In this document: one piece after another, positions 1 through 8,097 of the stretch
Position numbering within the stretch: the first letter of the stretch is position 1
Layout: each line of letters opens with the position of its first letter
Virus record (IMG/VR): IMGVR_UViG_3300002223_000005
Location: 1 to 38,462 of that record
Reading direction: 5' to 3' (one strand)
Source of the DNA: a virus
Length of the DNA: 38,462 nt
Program-made: the position numbers and the translations under genes
The notes under the pieces: generated by a model
Databases searched by the model: none
Told to the model about the DNA's origin: nothing
Seen by the model: only the letters and a program-made list of their open reading frames with translations

Positions 1-47
1 CCAGCCATAACAATAGGGCTTAATGGTTGACCGCCGCCGATCGGTAC
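1..47. repeat. Terminal direct repeat, copy 1 (circular-closure overlap)
   Basis: ccagccataacaatagggcttaatggttgaccgccgccgatcggtac is identical to 38416-38462. Confidence 0.95.
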
Positions 48-647
48 ATATCTAGCCTGTCTCGTCTGTGGATCATATTCAGGGTAGGCATATCCTGCAA
101 ATCCACCGCTTTCATTTGTCATTGCTAGAGGCGCGTTGACTTGTGCGCCTCTCATGACGCCCCCTCTCATCATAGGATCAGCTTCAATCGCCCCCGATCT
201 AACCGCGCCATCAATCACGCCGTCCAACTCCTGAATAGCCTGCTCGCCGCTCAGTTGCCCACCCATAATGCGCTGCATAAAGTCAATCGTATCCGAGGGA
301 TCGCCGCCACGTTGCTTAATTTTGTTTGCGCGCATTTTAAGCGCTTTTAGGGTCTCGGAAGTATTTCCTGACTGGATTAAGGGTTTGATCGCTAGCGCGT
401 CCCTGGCCATGTCGCCGAGCTGGAATAGAGTGGTTTTTCGGTCAAGCCCTTGCTGTGCAATTTTCTGATTAAGCAATTGATTCTGGTTGCCGATCTCCGC
501 GCCCTGTACCTGCGCATCTAATAACCGATTGCGCATAGGCGTTTGCAATACAGAATTGAAAGCCTGCTGTGTGCTTGCTGCATCCCTGAAATTCTCGCCC
601 AGGCTTGGCGTTGGCGCGTTTTGAAATAGAATATTTGCATTAGGCAT
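1..647 (-). CDS. Putative internal virion / DNA-ejection protein, N-terminal part of a 411-codon gene that wraps the circular junction
   Basis: ATG at 647 overlaps the TAA of the upstream gene (TAATG). I checked the frame codon by codon from 647 to 1 and found no stop. Through the 47-nt overlap it is in frame with 38415-37827. It is absent from the ORF track because it has no in-window stop. Confidence 0.7.
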   Translation of the reverse strand, partial: MPNANILFQNAPTPSLGENFRDAASTQQAFNSVLQTPMRNRLLDAQVQGAEIGNQNQLLNQKIAQQGLDRKTTLFQLGDMARDALAIKPLIQSGNTSETLKALKMRANKIKQRGGDPSDTIDFMQRIMGGQLSGEQAIQELDGVIDGAVRSGAIEADPMMRGGVMRGAQVNAPLAMTNESGGFAGYAYPEYDPQTRQARYVPIGGGQPLSPIVMA

Positions 648-1471
648 TATGCTGCCCTCGGTTTAAATTCTGCGGTAACCATTAAATAACCTGAATCATC
701 CTCAAAAACGGCATCAGGGCGAGTTTTAACAAGCTCATCAGCCATGCGCCCAATCATTAGCAGATCATCACCTTTGTAACGAAACTCATAAACGCCGCCG
801 AGATCATCCCGCCCGATTTCTTTAATGTCGGTTTTTAGACGTCTATCCGACGGAAACATACCTCCGCCGCCGAACATCGCCGCGCCTTGCATAAGCAGCT
901 TAGTACCACCAGAAACAGCCGAATTATTGATATTCTGCCGCGCCATGATGCCAGAGCTTAAAATGTCGCCTTGATTGCCTAAAATATTGCTGACGTTATT
1001 CGCAGAGTTGAGACTGTTTGCTGTCTGGCCTGCCGCGCTTGCTTGACCCATGTTCACGCTCTGCAATAGCCGGTTGAACTGGTTGTCTACAAACTGTTCT
1101 CCCTGGCCCAAATAATTCTGGAATAGTTGGTTGACCATGCCGCCAGAACCGTATTTCCCCTGCGCGGCCCCCGCTGCTTTGATTTGATCGCCTGAGTTAT
1201 TCACTGCGGCCTGAAACATTGGATTACTGTTTAAGTAGTCCTGCTGGCCTCCGCTGGTCATTAGCGCCTGGAACCCTGGCATATTAGCTAAGCCCTGATC
1301 AACAAACGGTTGCATTGTCTTTCTGGCCAGGGCATCAGCTTCTTTTTGGTAGGCTAGCTGCTCGCGTGACATGCCCATTTGCGCGTTCGTAGCATTTCTC
1401 GCCGCGTCCCGCTGATCGTCGTAGTTAGTTAAGCCTACCGCATCAGTTAAACTGCTTACCGCTTTGCCCAT
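647..1471 (-). CDS. Fibre/needle-like virion protein with a C-terminal intramolecular-chaperone (peptidase S74) autoprocessing domain
   Basis: The C-terminus SDRRLKTDIKEIG..VYEFRYKGDD..IGRMADELVKTRPDAV matches the S74 SDxRxK..I...Y.Y......G..AQE....P.AV pattern. The N-terminal ~205 aa are Q/N/G/A-rich and low in complexity. Confidence 0.65.
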   Translation of the reverse strand: MGKAVSSLTDAVGLTNYDDQRDAARNATNAQMGMSREQLAYQKEADALARKTMQPFVDQGLANMPGFQALMTSGGQQDYLNSNPMFQAAVNNSGDQIKAAGAAQGKYGSGGMVNQLFQNYLGQGEQFVDNQFNRLLQSVNMGQASAAGQTANSLNSANNVSNILGNQGDILSSGIMARQNINNSAVSGGTKLLMQGAAMFGGGGMFPSDRRLKTDIKEIGRDDLGGVYEFRYKGDDLLMIGRMADELVKTRPDAVFEDDSGYLMVTAEFKPRAA

Positions 1472-1839
1472 TTTAACACCTCGTAATATTTGTCATGCTT
1501 TTTAAAGCCGCACAGGCGCGCATAAACTGCGGCGCGTCTATCTGTTAACTCTGCAATTATTTTTTGGTAGGGCGTGTTCGACCACACCCATTGAACAGCC
1601 ATTTTCCCGGCATTGACCGCATATTTGCCGCGATGACTTGTTACAAAAGCAGGGTGAATTTCAATAACCGATTTGAACTTTTGGAGGATGAAAGCGCCGA
1701 CCAAATCAGGATCGTAAACGCCTAAAACTAAGGAATAGGGCGTATTAACCGGCAACCAATCAGGCCAAAATTCAGGGTAGGGAACACTATTTAAAAACTC
1801 TCTTGCTTCATGGTCTGAGGCAATTTGTTTTAAAATCAA
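1456..1839 (-). CDS. Hypothetical protein in the virion module (weak acetyltransferase-like look only)
   Basis: 127-aa ORF with a 4-nt overlap with the upstream gene and a 16-nt overlap with the downstream gene. I recognise no firm motif. Confidence 0.5.
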   Translation of the reverse strand: MILKQIASDHEAREFLNSVPYPEFWPDWLPVNTPYSLVLGVYDPDLVGAFILQKFKSVIEIHPAFVTSHRGKYAVNAGKMAVQWVWSNTPYQKIIAELTDRRAAVYARLCGFKKHDKYYEVLKWAKR

Positions 1840-2192
1840 GGCGTCTTAGGCGCGCCTGACTCATGATGCACCGTGATTGACGTTCCCGCCGAGGCAAGCA
1901 ACTGAATAAATCCGTTGTAAGCCATGACCGGCACAGTCACCAGGATGTAATCATTGGCCGGAACCGAGGCTTCTTTGACAAAATACTCATCATCGCTAGC
2001 CGATCCACCAGAGGCGATGGCGTAGCCGGTCACGGTGATCGCGCCTGCCGTGTAATTGACAACACGCAACACCAGATCACTCAATATTGTGCTTGTGGTT
2101 GCACCTGCCGCCGTGTTGAGGGTAAAAATCGTTACCGCGCCAGTCGTTAAGATGGTGGGTTCAAAGAGTTTTTTGTATGCGACTGAGGGCAT
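1836..2192 (-). CDS. Hypothetical virion-module protein
   Basis: 118-aa ORF translationally coupled on both sides. Composition is T/A/G/V-rich and beta-like. Confidence 0.5.
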   Translation of the reverse strand: MPSVAYKKLFEPTILTTGAVTIFTLNTAAGATTSTILSDLVLRVVNYTAGAITVTGYAIASGGSASDDEYFVKEASVPANDYILVTVPVMAYNGFIQLLASAGTSITVHHESGAPKTP

Positions 2193-2551
2193 TAGTTCAC
2201 CTGTGCTTCAAGGGTTGCAAGTTTCTGTTTGATGGATTTCAATTCTGGAAAATGGTTCTCTTTGGCTTCGAGCGCTTCGATGCGTTTGCGCAATGCTCTA
2301 AGTTCAGATGCTTGGCAAGGTATCGCGTCGATTCTTTCGGCTAGGTAAGACACTTTCTTGCTCAAATTTCTAAGCTCTGGAAAGCGTCTTGAGTCCTCTG
2401 TATCCATTGTCACAATCGCTGTTGACGTGAGATCAACAGGCCCGCCTGATCGCAACCAAAGCTGGTTTAAAACGTCAATTAGGACTCGCTTGCCGGTAAT
2501 GCTGTTTAAGTCGATACCGGATAAAACCGCGATAGGAGGATTTGCTTTCAT
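2192..2551 (-). CDS. Coiled-coil protein in the tail-needle/plug (P22 gp26) position
   Basis: The C-terminal half has a heptad-like sequence (LRALRKRIEALEAKENHFPELKSIKQKLATLEAQV). It lies immediately after the gp10-like gene. Confidence 0.4.
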   Translation of the reverse strand: MKANPPIAVLSGIDLNSITGKRVLIDVLNQLWLRSGGPVDLTSTAIVTMDTEDSRRFPELRNLSKKVSYLAERIDAIPCQASELRALRKRIEALEAKENHFPELKSIKQKLATLEAQVN

Positions 2552-3954
2552 ACCCCAACCTCAACATCAGCTTCCATGCGCAAAATATGAAAAGCTACCG
2601 GATCAGAAAACCGCACCTTAAAAACACGGTCTTTTGATGCGCCTAATGCGTGCCAGTAAAGTTCCTTTTTGTACTCGCCCATTGCGCCTAGGGAACGCCA
2701 ATTCTCCGCGCTCCATGTCCTGCCGCCGTTGTCAGAATAGGACATCATGACTTGTGGGTCTGAACCCTGTCCCGTTGCGATGGCGTCACCACTGTTCACA
2801 ATCATTTTGACGTAGTTGTAAAAGACTTCTTTGTCAGACTGCGCGGCCTGACCCGAGTAGACCGGCGCTGAGGTTCTTTCCCGAATCAATGCGCCTGAGT
2901 TGTCATCGAAAGTATCAATATCAAGCTCGTAAACGTTTCCATTCTGGTAGTCTGTGACTAAGTGCTTGCCGAAGGCGTAGCAATAACCATTCGAAAGGTC
3001 GCGCCCGCCATTCACGCCACTGGATAGCTCTAACCAAATTCCTGTTTCTTGCGAAAAGCACCACGTTTTATTGGCTGTCGGGAAACTGAAAATAACGAAG
3101 TTTTGGCCCTGAAGCTTTAGCGAATAAGAAAAGCAGTCTGAAACTGTTGAATAGTTTTCGATGGCGTTATTGATTGCCGCCGTTGACACCTGAACAGGCT
3201 CATAACCATCAAGCCGGTAGACTGTGCGATCATGGCCTAGAAAATAGACCGCTTGAGGTGTATTAGTAACGCAATGGACACCGGCAATGCCCACCGCCCG
3301 TAAGCCGCCCTCGATTCTGTCCATGGGAGGGTTCCCGACGCCTGAGTTATACCAAGGTTCCAGACTATCAGCGCCAAACATGATAATTTGCTGCCGGAAC
3401 GAATAGACGCGGATTAGCTCGTCACCGCTTGACTGAGCAAAAGCGAAATTCAGCGAGTTGATCGTGCCGCCATCGCCCGCGTCGGACACCTGGAACTTAT
3501 CAAAAGACCCGTCATAGATCATTTGTTGGTTCAGATAAGCGATGCTATTTGGCGACTCTAGGTTTGGGTCGGTTACCTGCGCTAATGTCGTTCCGTCAGT
3601 GCGATAAACTAAGCCACCAGTGACGATATACAAATAATCGTCATCCGTTTCAAATACACATCTACCAGAGCCGGGAATAGTCCCTAAGCTGGTTTGTGTG
3701 CCTGCCGAGTTGATCTTGTAAAGAGTGGTGCCGTTGACTGCATAGGCGTTGCTATACCATTCTTTTCGATAGATCCCACGATTTGCGCCTGAGCCCGTTG
3801 AAAATGACGCCTTTCCCGGCCATGACATAAGCGCCGCAGGGCTTGCCCCTGACGGTTCGGCCTCAAGGTACATATTGACGCAGTTTTGCACGCTGAGCGG
3901 GTTCGTGCGCGATTGATAGGTCTGGCCATTTATTTGAATAGGAATAACTGGCAT
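2548..3954 (-). CDS. Tail hub / packaged-DNA stabilisation protein (P22 gp10-like)
   Basis: 468 aa, close to the 472 aa I recall for gp10. The N-terminus MPVIPIQINGQTYQSR..NCVNMYLEAEP and the C-terminal ..VFKVRFSDPVAFHILRMEADVEV resemble gp10 as I recall it. Position after the gp4-like gene fits. Confidence 0.55.
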   Translation of the reverse strand: MPVIPIQINGQTYQSRTNPLSVQNCVNMYLEAEPSGASPAALMSWPGKASFSTGSGANRGIYRKEWYSNAYAVNGTTLYKINSAGTQTSLGTIPGSGRCVFETDDDYLYIVTGGLVYRTDGTTLAQVTDPNLESPNSIAYLNQQMIYDGSFDKFQVSDAGDGGTINSLNFAFAQSSGDELIRVYSFRQQIIMFGADSLEPWYNSGVGNPPMDRIEGGLRAVGIAGVHCVTNTPQAVYFLGHDRTVYRLDGYEPVQVSTAAINNAIENYSTVSDCFSYSLKLQGQNFVIFSFPTANKTWCFSQETGIWLELSSGVNGGRDLSNGYCYAFGKHLVTDYQNGNVYELDIDTFDDNSGALIRERTSAPVYSGQAAQSDKEVFYNYVKMIVNSGDAIATGQGSDPQVMMSYSDNGGRTWSAENWRSLGAMGEYKKELYWHALGASKDRVFKVRFSDPVAFHILRMEADVEVGV

Positions 3955-4307
3955 CAGTAATCGACCACTTTTATTTGCGTTGGGGTGTAGTACGAATTGA
4001 ATAGGCGTCGAATTGCGGGCTCTGCTTTTGTGTTATCGTTTGCTAATCGCATATAGCGCGCATCTGATACGCCGAGCATATCCGCGAGGCGATAGGCGAC
4101 TAATGAAGTGACATGGAAAACGTATTCATTTGGTACGCTGGCAGTTGATCCCCAATCGACTATGCCAAGCCCTGATAATTCATCATAAACTTCATCATAG
4201 GCCTGCAAAGCATCAGCGCTTAGCTGACCTTCTGCGCTTTCGTTATAGCTCAGTTTCCCCGCTCTGCGCAGTGCTCGTATCGCCATGTTCGCCCTTGTCA
4301 CTGCCAT
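3954..4307 (-). CDS. Head-completion / tail adaptor protein (P22 gp4-like)
   Basis: The N-terminal ANMAIRALRRAGKLS...ALQAYDEVYDEL pattern resembles gp4 (LVRAALRKLGVAS...DDLEAMMAEW). Gene order supports the call. Confidence 0.45.
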   Translation of the reverse strand: MAVTRANMAIRALRRAGKLSYNESAEGQLSADALQAYDEVYDELSGLGIVDWGSTASVPNEYVFHVTSLVAYRLADMLGVSDARYMRLANDNTKAEPAIRRLFNSYYTPTQIKVVDY

Positions 4308-4449
4308 TTCGTTTGCCTCGCTTTACTTCTTCAAAATTGGGGTGCCCTTGCATCAGTCTGTCGGCTCGCTTATGACTGACGATGATTGTGTCGCCTTCTG
4401 ACAGCACCAACGTGACCGCCTTGGCTCGTCCTTTGTATCGGTATTTCAT
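4243..4449 (-). CDS. Hypothetical small protein
   Basis: 68-aa ORF with a 4-nt overlap with the upstream gene. It overlaps the next gene by 65 nt, which lowers confidence in its 3' part. Confidence 0.35.
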   Translation of the reverse strand: MKYRYKGRAKAVTLVLSEGDTIIVSHKRADRLMQGHPNFEEVKRGKRNGSDKGEHGDTSTAQSGETEL

Positions 4450-5216
4450 CTCATGCTCACCGTGTCTTGGAGGGTTTTAATATCGTTTCCTGATTCAATG
4501 GCCCGTTGTATCTGCGCCATGCGTTCGTACACCTGACTTGCTCCGTAATGGGCATTAATCGCCCGTTCTAGTTGCGTCATTTCTTCTTTTGCGGCCTCTA
4601 GCTCTCGGTATCGTTCGGCTAGTTTGGTGATTTTGGTTTTGTGTTCTTCGACCATTTCAGCGTATTGGTTGGCCGGAAATGACATTTTTGGCCGGTCTTT
4701 GCCGTGGTCGCGGCCTTCGACATAGCCTGCTTTACCGAATGGTGACACTTCAGGGATTACAACGTTGATTCCTTTGCCTTTAGCAAAACCCACCCAGGCT
4801 TCCATACAAGGTCGCTGCCAAAAGTATTCGATATCATCTACAGCCATATCGACACCGTAGATTTCAATGTGCTGATAGCCCTTAAGAATGGCATACGCCA
4901 ACATGCAGGCAGGGCTTGACGTTAGATAAAGCGAGCCATAAAGCGCTACAGTCTCGGTATAGGGAAATATTTCGACATTTTCCGAAATTGGGAATTGCTC
5001 ACCCACAACCAGCGGAACATTTAAAGACAGCAACCACTCGACATAGGCATTTACATTGCCATGCTCGCTTAGGTTGTCGTGTATCTCGAAAATACAATCA
5101 AATCTTGGGTATTTGTTGGCTCTGTTGCCTAATACCCAAATCTCATAATTCTTGTCATCAAACGGTGCTAACAACTCGCTTGAAGGCCCGCCGCAAACAA
5201 TTGCTAATTTACCCAC
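4446..5216 (-). CDS. DUF115 / GT42-like (Maf or sialyltransferase-like) putative glycosyltransferase with a C-terminal coiled coil
   Basis: N-terminal KLAIVCGGPSS and later LTSSPACMLAYAILKGYQHIEIYGVDM parallel the IIAGNGPSL and ITSGVYMCAVAIALGYKEIYLSGIDF motifs of Cst-II-type enzymes as I recall them. Confidence 0.4.
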   Translation of the reverse strand: MGKLAIVCGGPSSELLAPFDDKNYEIWVLGNRANKYPRFDCIFEIHDNLSEHGNVNAYVEWLLSLNVPLVVGEQFPISENVEIFPYTETVALYGSLYLTSSPACMLAYAILKGYQHIEIYGVDMAVDDIEYFWQRPCMEAWVGFAKGKGINVVIPEVSPFGKAGYVEGRDHGKDRPKMSFPANQYAEMVEEHKTKITKLAERYRELEAAKEEMTQLERAINAHYGASQVYERMAQIQRAIESGNDIKTLQDTVSMR

Positions 5217-5743
5217 AAGACACCTATTCCCATTGGACGATCATCGTCTTGAATAATGATTTCTTCATGCCTGAAATTATTTTTGATTTCATTCCAGAAC
5301 CTAGGCACACCAATCTCCATTTCCCTTAGCTTAATGCCTTGGCCTGCAATGTCGTGGAAGGCGGTTATTCCTTGTTTGTATTTCTGAAAATCTGCTTTTA
5401 CTGCTTCATAACGGTGATCAGCGTCGATCAAAACAACGTCAAATCGCTCGCCTAGATTTATGCTTTGTGAGTCGCCAAAGACCACTTCTATGTCATAACT
5501 GAGTGCTTTTAATTCATTGGCGACATCCAATAGACTGCTTTGGCTATTGCCGCCCCAAGGCCCATTTGGGAGGTCTATTGCCACCCCTCTAGACCCTACA
5601 GGGAGGCTTTTCATTACTTCGTAAAACGTATCACCGTGACGCGCCCCAACTTCTAAATAAGACCGCGCCCCGGCAATAATTTGGATAAAACGAGCCAGTT
5701 CCCTAGGTTGCTGGCTCGCCTTTCTACCGCTCCTAGTCAACAA
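5204..5743 (-). CDS. Class I SAM-dependent methyltransferase (O-methyltransferase family 3 / CmcI-like)
   Basis: Motif I YLEVGARHGDT, an acidic beta-2 end in GVAIDLP, and FDVVLIDADHRYEAV resembling the F.FIDADK.NY signature. Confidence 0.65.
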   Translation of the reverse strand: MLTRSGRKASQQPRELARFIQIIAGARSYLEVGARHGDTFYEVMKSLPVGSRGVAIDLPNGPWGGNSQSSLLDVANELKALSYDIEVVFGDSQSINLGERFDVVLIDADHRYEAVKADFQKYKQGITAFHDIAGQGIKLREMEIGVPRFWNEIKNNFRHEEIIIQDDDRPMGIGVLWVN

Positions 5744-6212
5744 CGTAATACAGATCTAGCGTGATCGTACCTGTCGCCGTAGTTGCTGCATCCTTCACCA
5801 CGCCGCGAACAATAAATTCGCCGCCTGGATCAGATGTTTGTGCGTTGACGAAATCCCAAGCAGGCAAACCAACGTTAGCGGCATCTTTCACCACTAAAAC
5901 GTCTGATCCTGCTGAACTCAAAGCCAAGCCGTCATTGATAGCGTCAGGGTCATCTGTAATATTGCTATTAACAGCGATTAGACCGATATCTAAAGTCGGA
6001 GAACCAGAAGTCGCCAGATCGTCATTGTATAAACGAGACGATCCAAGAATTCGTGCGTTGCTCGGAATGCGCCCAAATGTGACGGTAGTGCCACTTGCAG
6101 ACGCGGCTAGTTCAATGGTGGCTGAAAGGTTTTTAACGCTGTAAGCGTCACCAGGGCCACCGACAACCAGATTTGCGGCTGATCGTCGTTGTGTTGCTAA
6201 GTTATCGGCCAT
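5733..6212 (-). CDS. Hypothetical virion protein, possibly head decoration
   Basis: 159-aa ORF directly downstream of the capsid gene. Function is inferred from position only. Confidence 0.4.
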   Translation of the reverse strand: MADNLATQRRSAANLVVGGPGDAYSVKNLSATIELAASASGTTVTFGRIPSNARILGSSRLYNDDLATSGSPTLDIGLIAVNSNITDDPDAINDGLALSSAGSDVLVVKDAANVGLPAWDFVNAQTSDPGGEFIVRGVVKDAATTATGTITLDLYYVVD

Positions 6213-6222
6213 GATTTACCCC

Positions 6223-7299
6223 TTATTGACCAGTTACGAACACGGAAACAACCCCGTGGTCTTTTGTGTTATAAATCAGCTTGTCGATTTCGTGCTTCAT
6301 CTCGACCGCTACCCCTGGCTGGAACTCGTAATCCTTAAGCCGGTCAACCTTAATGCTTGGGCGCTGACCCAAACCAAACCCAACTGCTTGAGCACCACAC
6401 AAAAACGCGGGCTCAACTTTCGTTGTCGCGTTGCCTGCGGTTGCGTAGTAAGTTGAGTTTGCGAGCAGGGTGCTAATCTCTGGAATTTCACGAATAATCA
6501 CGTTATCCCAAATCAGATCACCAGGCTTGAACAGCGGGTTACCTTCGCCGCGAGTGCCTGCATTTGAATGCAGCGTTTCCAGATCTTCTTGCAAATGCAG
6601 AAAACCTTGAGTACCGCAAAACAGAATGTAGGTTTCGACGCCATTAGCCAAACGAATTGGACGGATAATTGGGTCTGCTGTTCTGGCAATCTTTCGCGCC
6701 AGTCGCACAACGTCGCCGGTCAATTTATCGTTGGTCGTGTCGATATTTGCTAATGAAGCAGAGTGGTCGCTTGCTGAATAGTTGCTAGTCGCCGCGCCAT
6801 AAAGCACGCGGTCACTATTTGCCGCCACCCAAATATCAGCGGTGGTATTAATTGCCGCCGTGGTGTTATCAACAGTCACGCGAGTTCCTGTGCCGGTCAT
6901 AGAGCCAAGGCCGTACTTGATAATATCGTCGCGGGTTTTTTCCATTGCCCAATTCATCAGCGCTGCACGTGCGCCTTTCATCAGGTCGATGTTCGGCTTT
7001 TCGCGTTCTTCTGCTGACATTCTGACCGCGTTACGCCAATAAGTAGGCGTGAGTGTGTAGGCATAGTTAGCCAAAATCTCTTCGTTGCCGTCGAGAGTCG
7101 AGCTACCTGAAACGCCATTGCCGGAAAGTTTTGCAATCAACGGAATAGAAACGATCTTCTTCTCTTCTTTGATCACAATGGTGTTGTTAGAGCTTGTGCC
7201 TGTGTATGCGCTAAAGAGGTTATCCCGGACATATTCGCTGAAAAACTCAGATTCAAACCGGGTAACCACATTAGCCGAGGCTGTGGTTGTGTTAGCCAT
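6223..7299 (-). CDS. Major capsid protein (HK97-fold type)
   Basis: 358 aa, lying after the scaffold gene, with RBS aggtaggtaaaaaATG. The call rests on size, position and general resemblance to podovirus capsid proteins. Confidence 0.7.
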   Translation of the reverse strand: MANTTTASANVVTRFESEFFSEYVRDNLFSAYTGTSSNNTIVIKEEKKIVSIPLIAKLSGNGVSGSSTLDGNEEILANYAYTLTPTYWRNAVRMSAEEREKPNIDLMKGARAALMNWAMEKTRDDIIKYGLGSMTGTGTRVTVDNTTAAINTTADIWVAANSDRVLYGAATSNYSASDHSASLANIDTTNDKLTGDVVRLARKIARTADPIIRPIRLANGVETYILFCGTQGFLHLQEDLETLHSNAGTRGEGNPLFKPGDLIWDNVIIREIPEISTLLANSTYYATAGNATTKVEPAFLCGAQAVGFGLGQRPSIKVDRLKDYEFQPGVAVEMKHEIDKLIYNTKDHGVVSVFVTGQ

Positions 7300-7302
7300 T
7301 TT

Positions 7303-8025
7303 TTACCTACCTAATATTTTGTCTAAGGAATCCGGCTGATGATCATCACCAGCAGCAGACGTTTTGCTGTTTAACGATGGCGTAACCGACTCGCGCTTTA
7401 ACATTTTGTCAGAGTATTTAGCCTCAAACTCAGCTCTTACCTTTTCTTCAACTTCCGCCCTGATCTTGGCTTCCAATTGATCAACGTTGTCTAATTGCTT
7501 CAGCTTTTCGGCCTTATTCACTAGTTCAATCATTTCGTGGTAAGGGCTGACGGCATTAAAAACGCGATTTTGTAAGTTGGGATCTTCAGCAGTCATTGCT
7601 CTAAACGCTTCCAGCTTTTCCATCACAACGTCTTTTCCAAACTCGCGTTCGGCTAAAAATTGCGACATGTTTGCTTTCATGTTCAGAGAGTTATGGTTAA
7701 TCTGGTTCTGAATGTGGCTTGTAAAACCCTCTTGATCTTCAAAAACGTCAGGCGCTTTTTTTTGCGCTTTTGGTTGTTGAAGTTCTTGAAGTTTTTTCTC
7801 TAACTCTTGGCGTTTGCGCTTTTCGTCTTTGTACGCCTCAAATTGCCAGGATGCGTCTGCCTCTTTCTCTTTCTTCGGCTCCGGCGTCGAGTCCTCGGCT
7901 GCTTCCGGTTCGGTTTCTGGTTCGGCTGAGCTTTGCTCTGCTTCTTCCACTTCTACCGCTTCCGGTTCTGCTACCGCTTCGCCCGTTAGTTCTGTACCAC
8001 TTAAGATTGCGTCGAGATCTGACAT
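7303..8025 (-). CDS. Scaffolding protein
   Basis: Highly acidic, helical protein rich in E/K/A/Q, lying between portal and capsid. I prefer the ATG at 8025 (GAGGAAAACCAG ATG) over the track start at 8058. Confidence 0.6.
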   Translation of the reverse strand: MSDLDAILSGTELTGEAVAEPEAVEVEEAEQSSAEPETEPEAAEDSTPEPKKEKEADASWQFEAYKDEKRKRQELEKKLQELQQPKAQKKAPDVFEDQEGFTSHIQNQINHNSLNMKANMSQFLAEREFGKDVVMEKLEAFRAMTAEDPNLQNRVFNAVSPYHEMIELVNKAEKLKQLDNVDQLEAKIRAEVEEKVRAEFEAKYSDKMLKRESVTPSLNSKTSAAGDDHQPDSLDKILGR

Positions 8026-8097
8026 CTGGTTTTCCTCTATTGCCCGATAAACCGGCATCGTTAAAACGCCCTTCGCGGGTAGGCGTCACCCTGAAAA

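Noticed and set aside
141-468. Plus-strand ORFs 141-350 and 268-468
   Set aside because: The opposite strand is open across the whole of 1-647 and continues a real gene across the circular junction. These ORFs are shadows of it.
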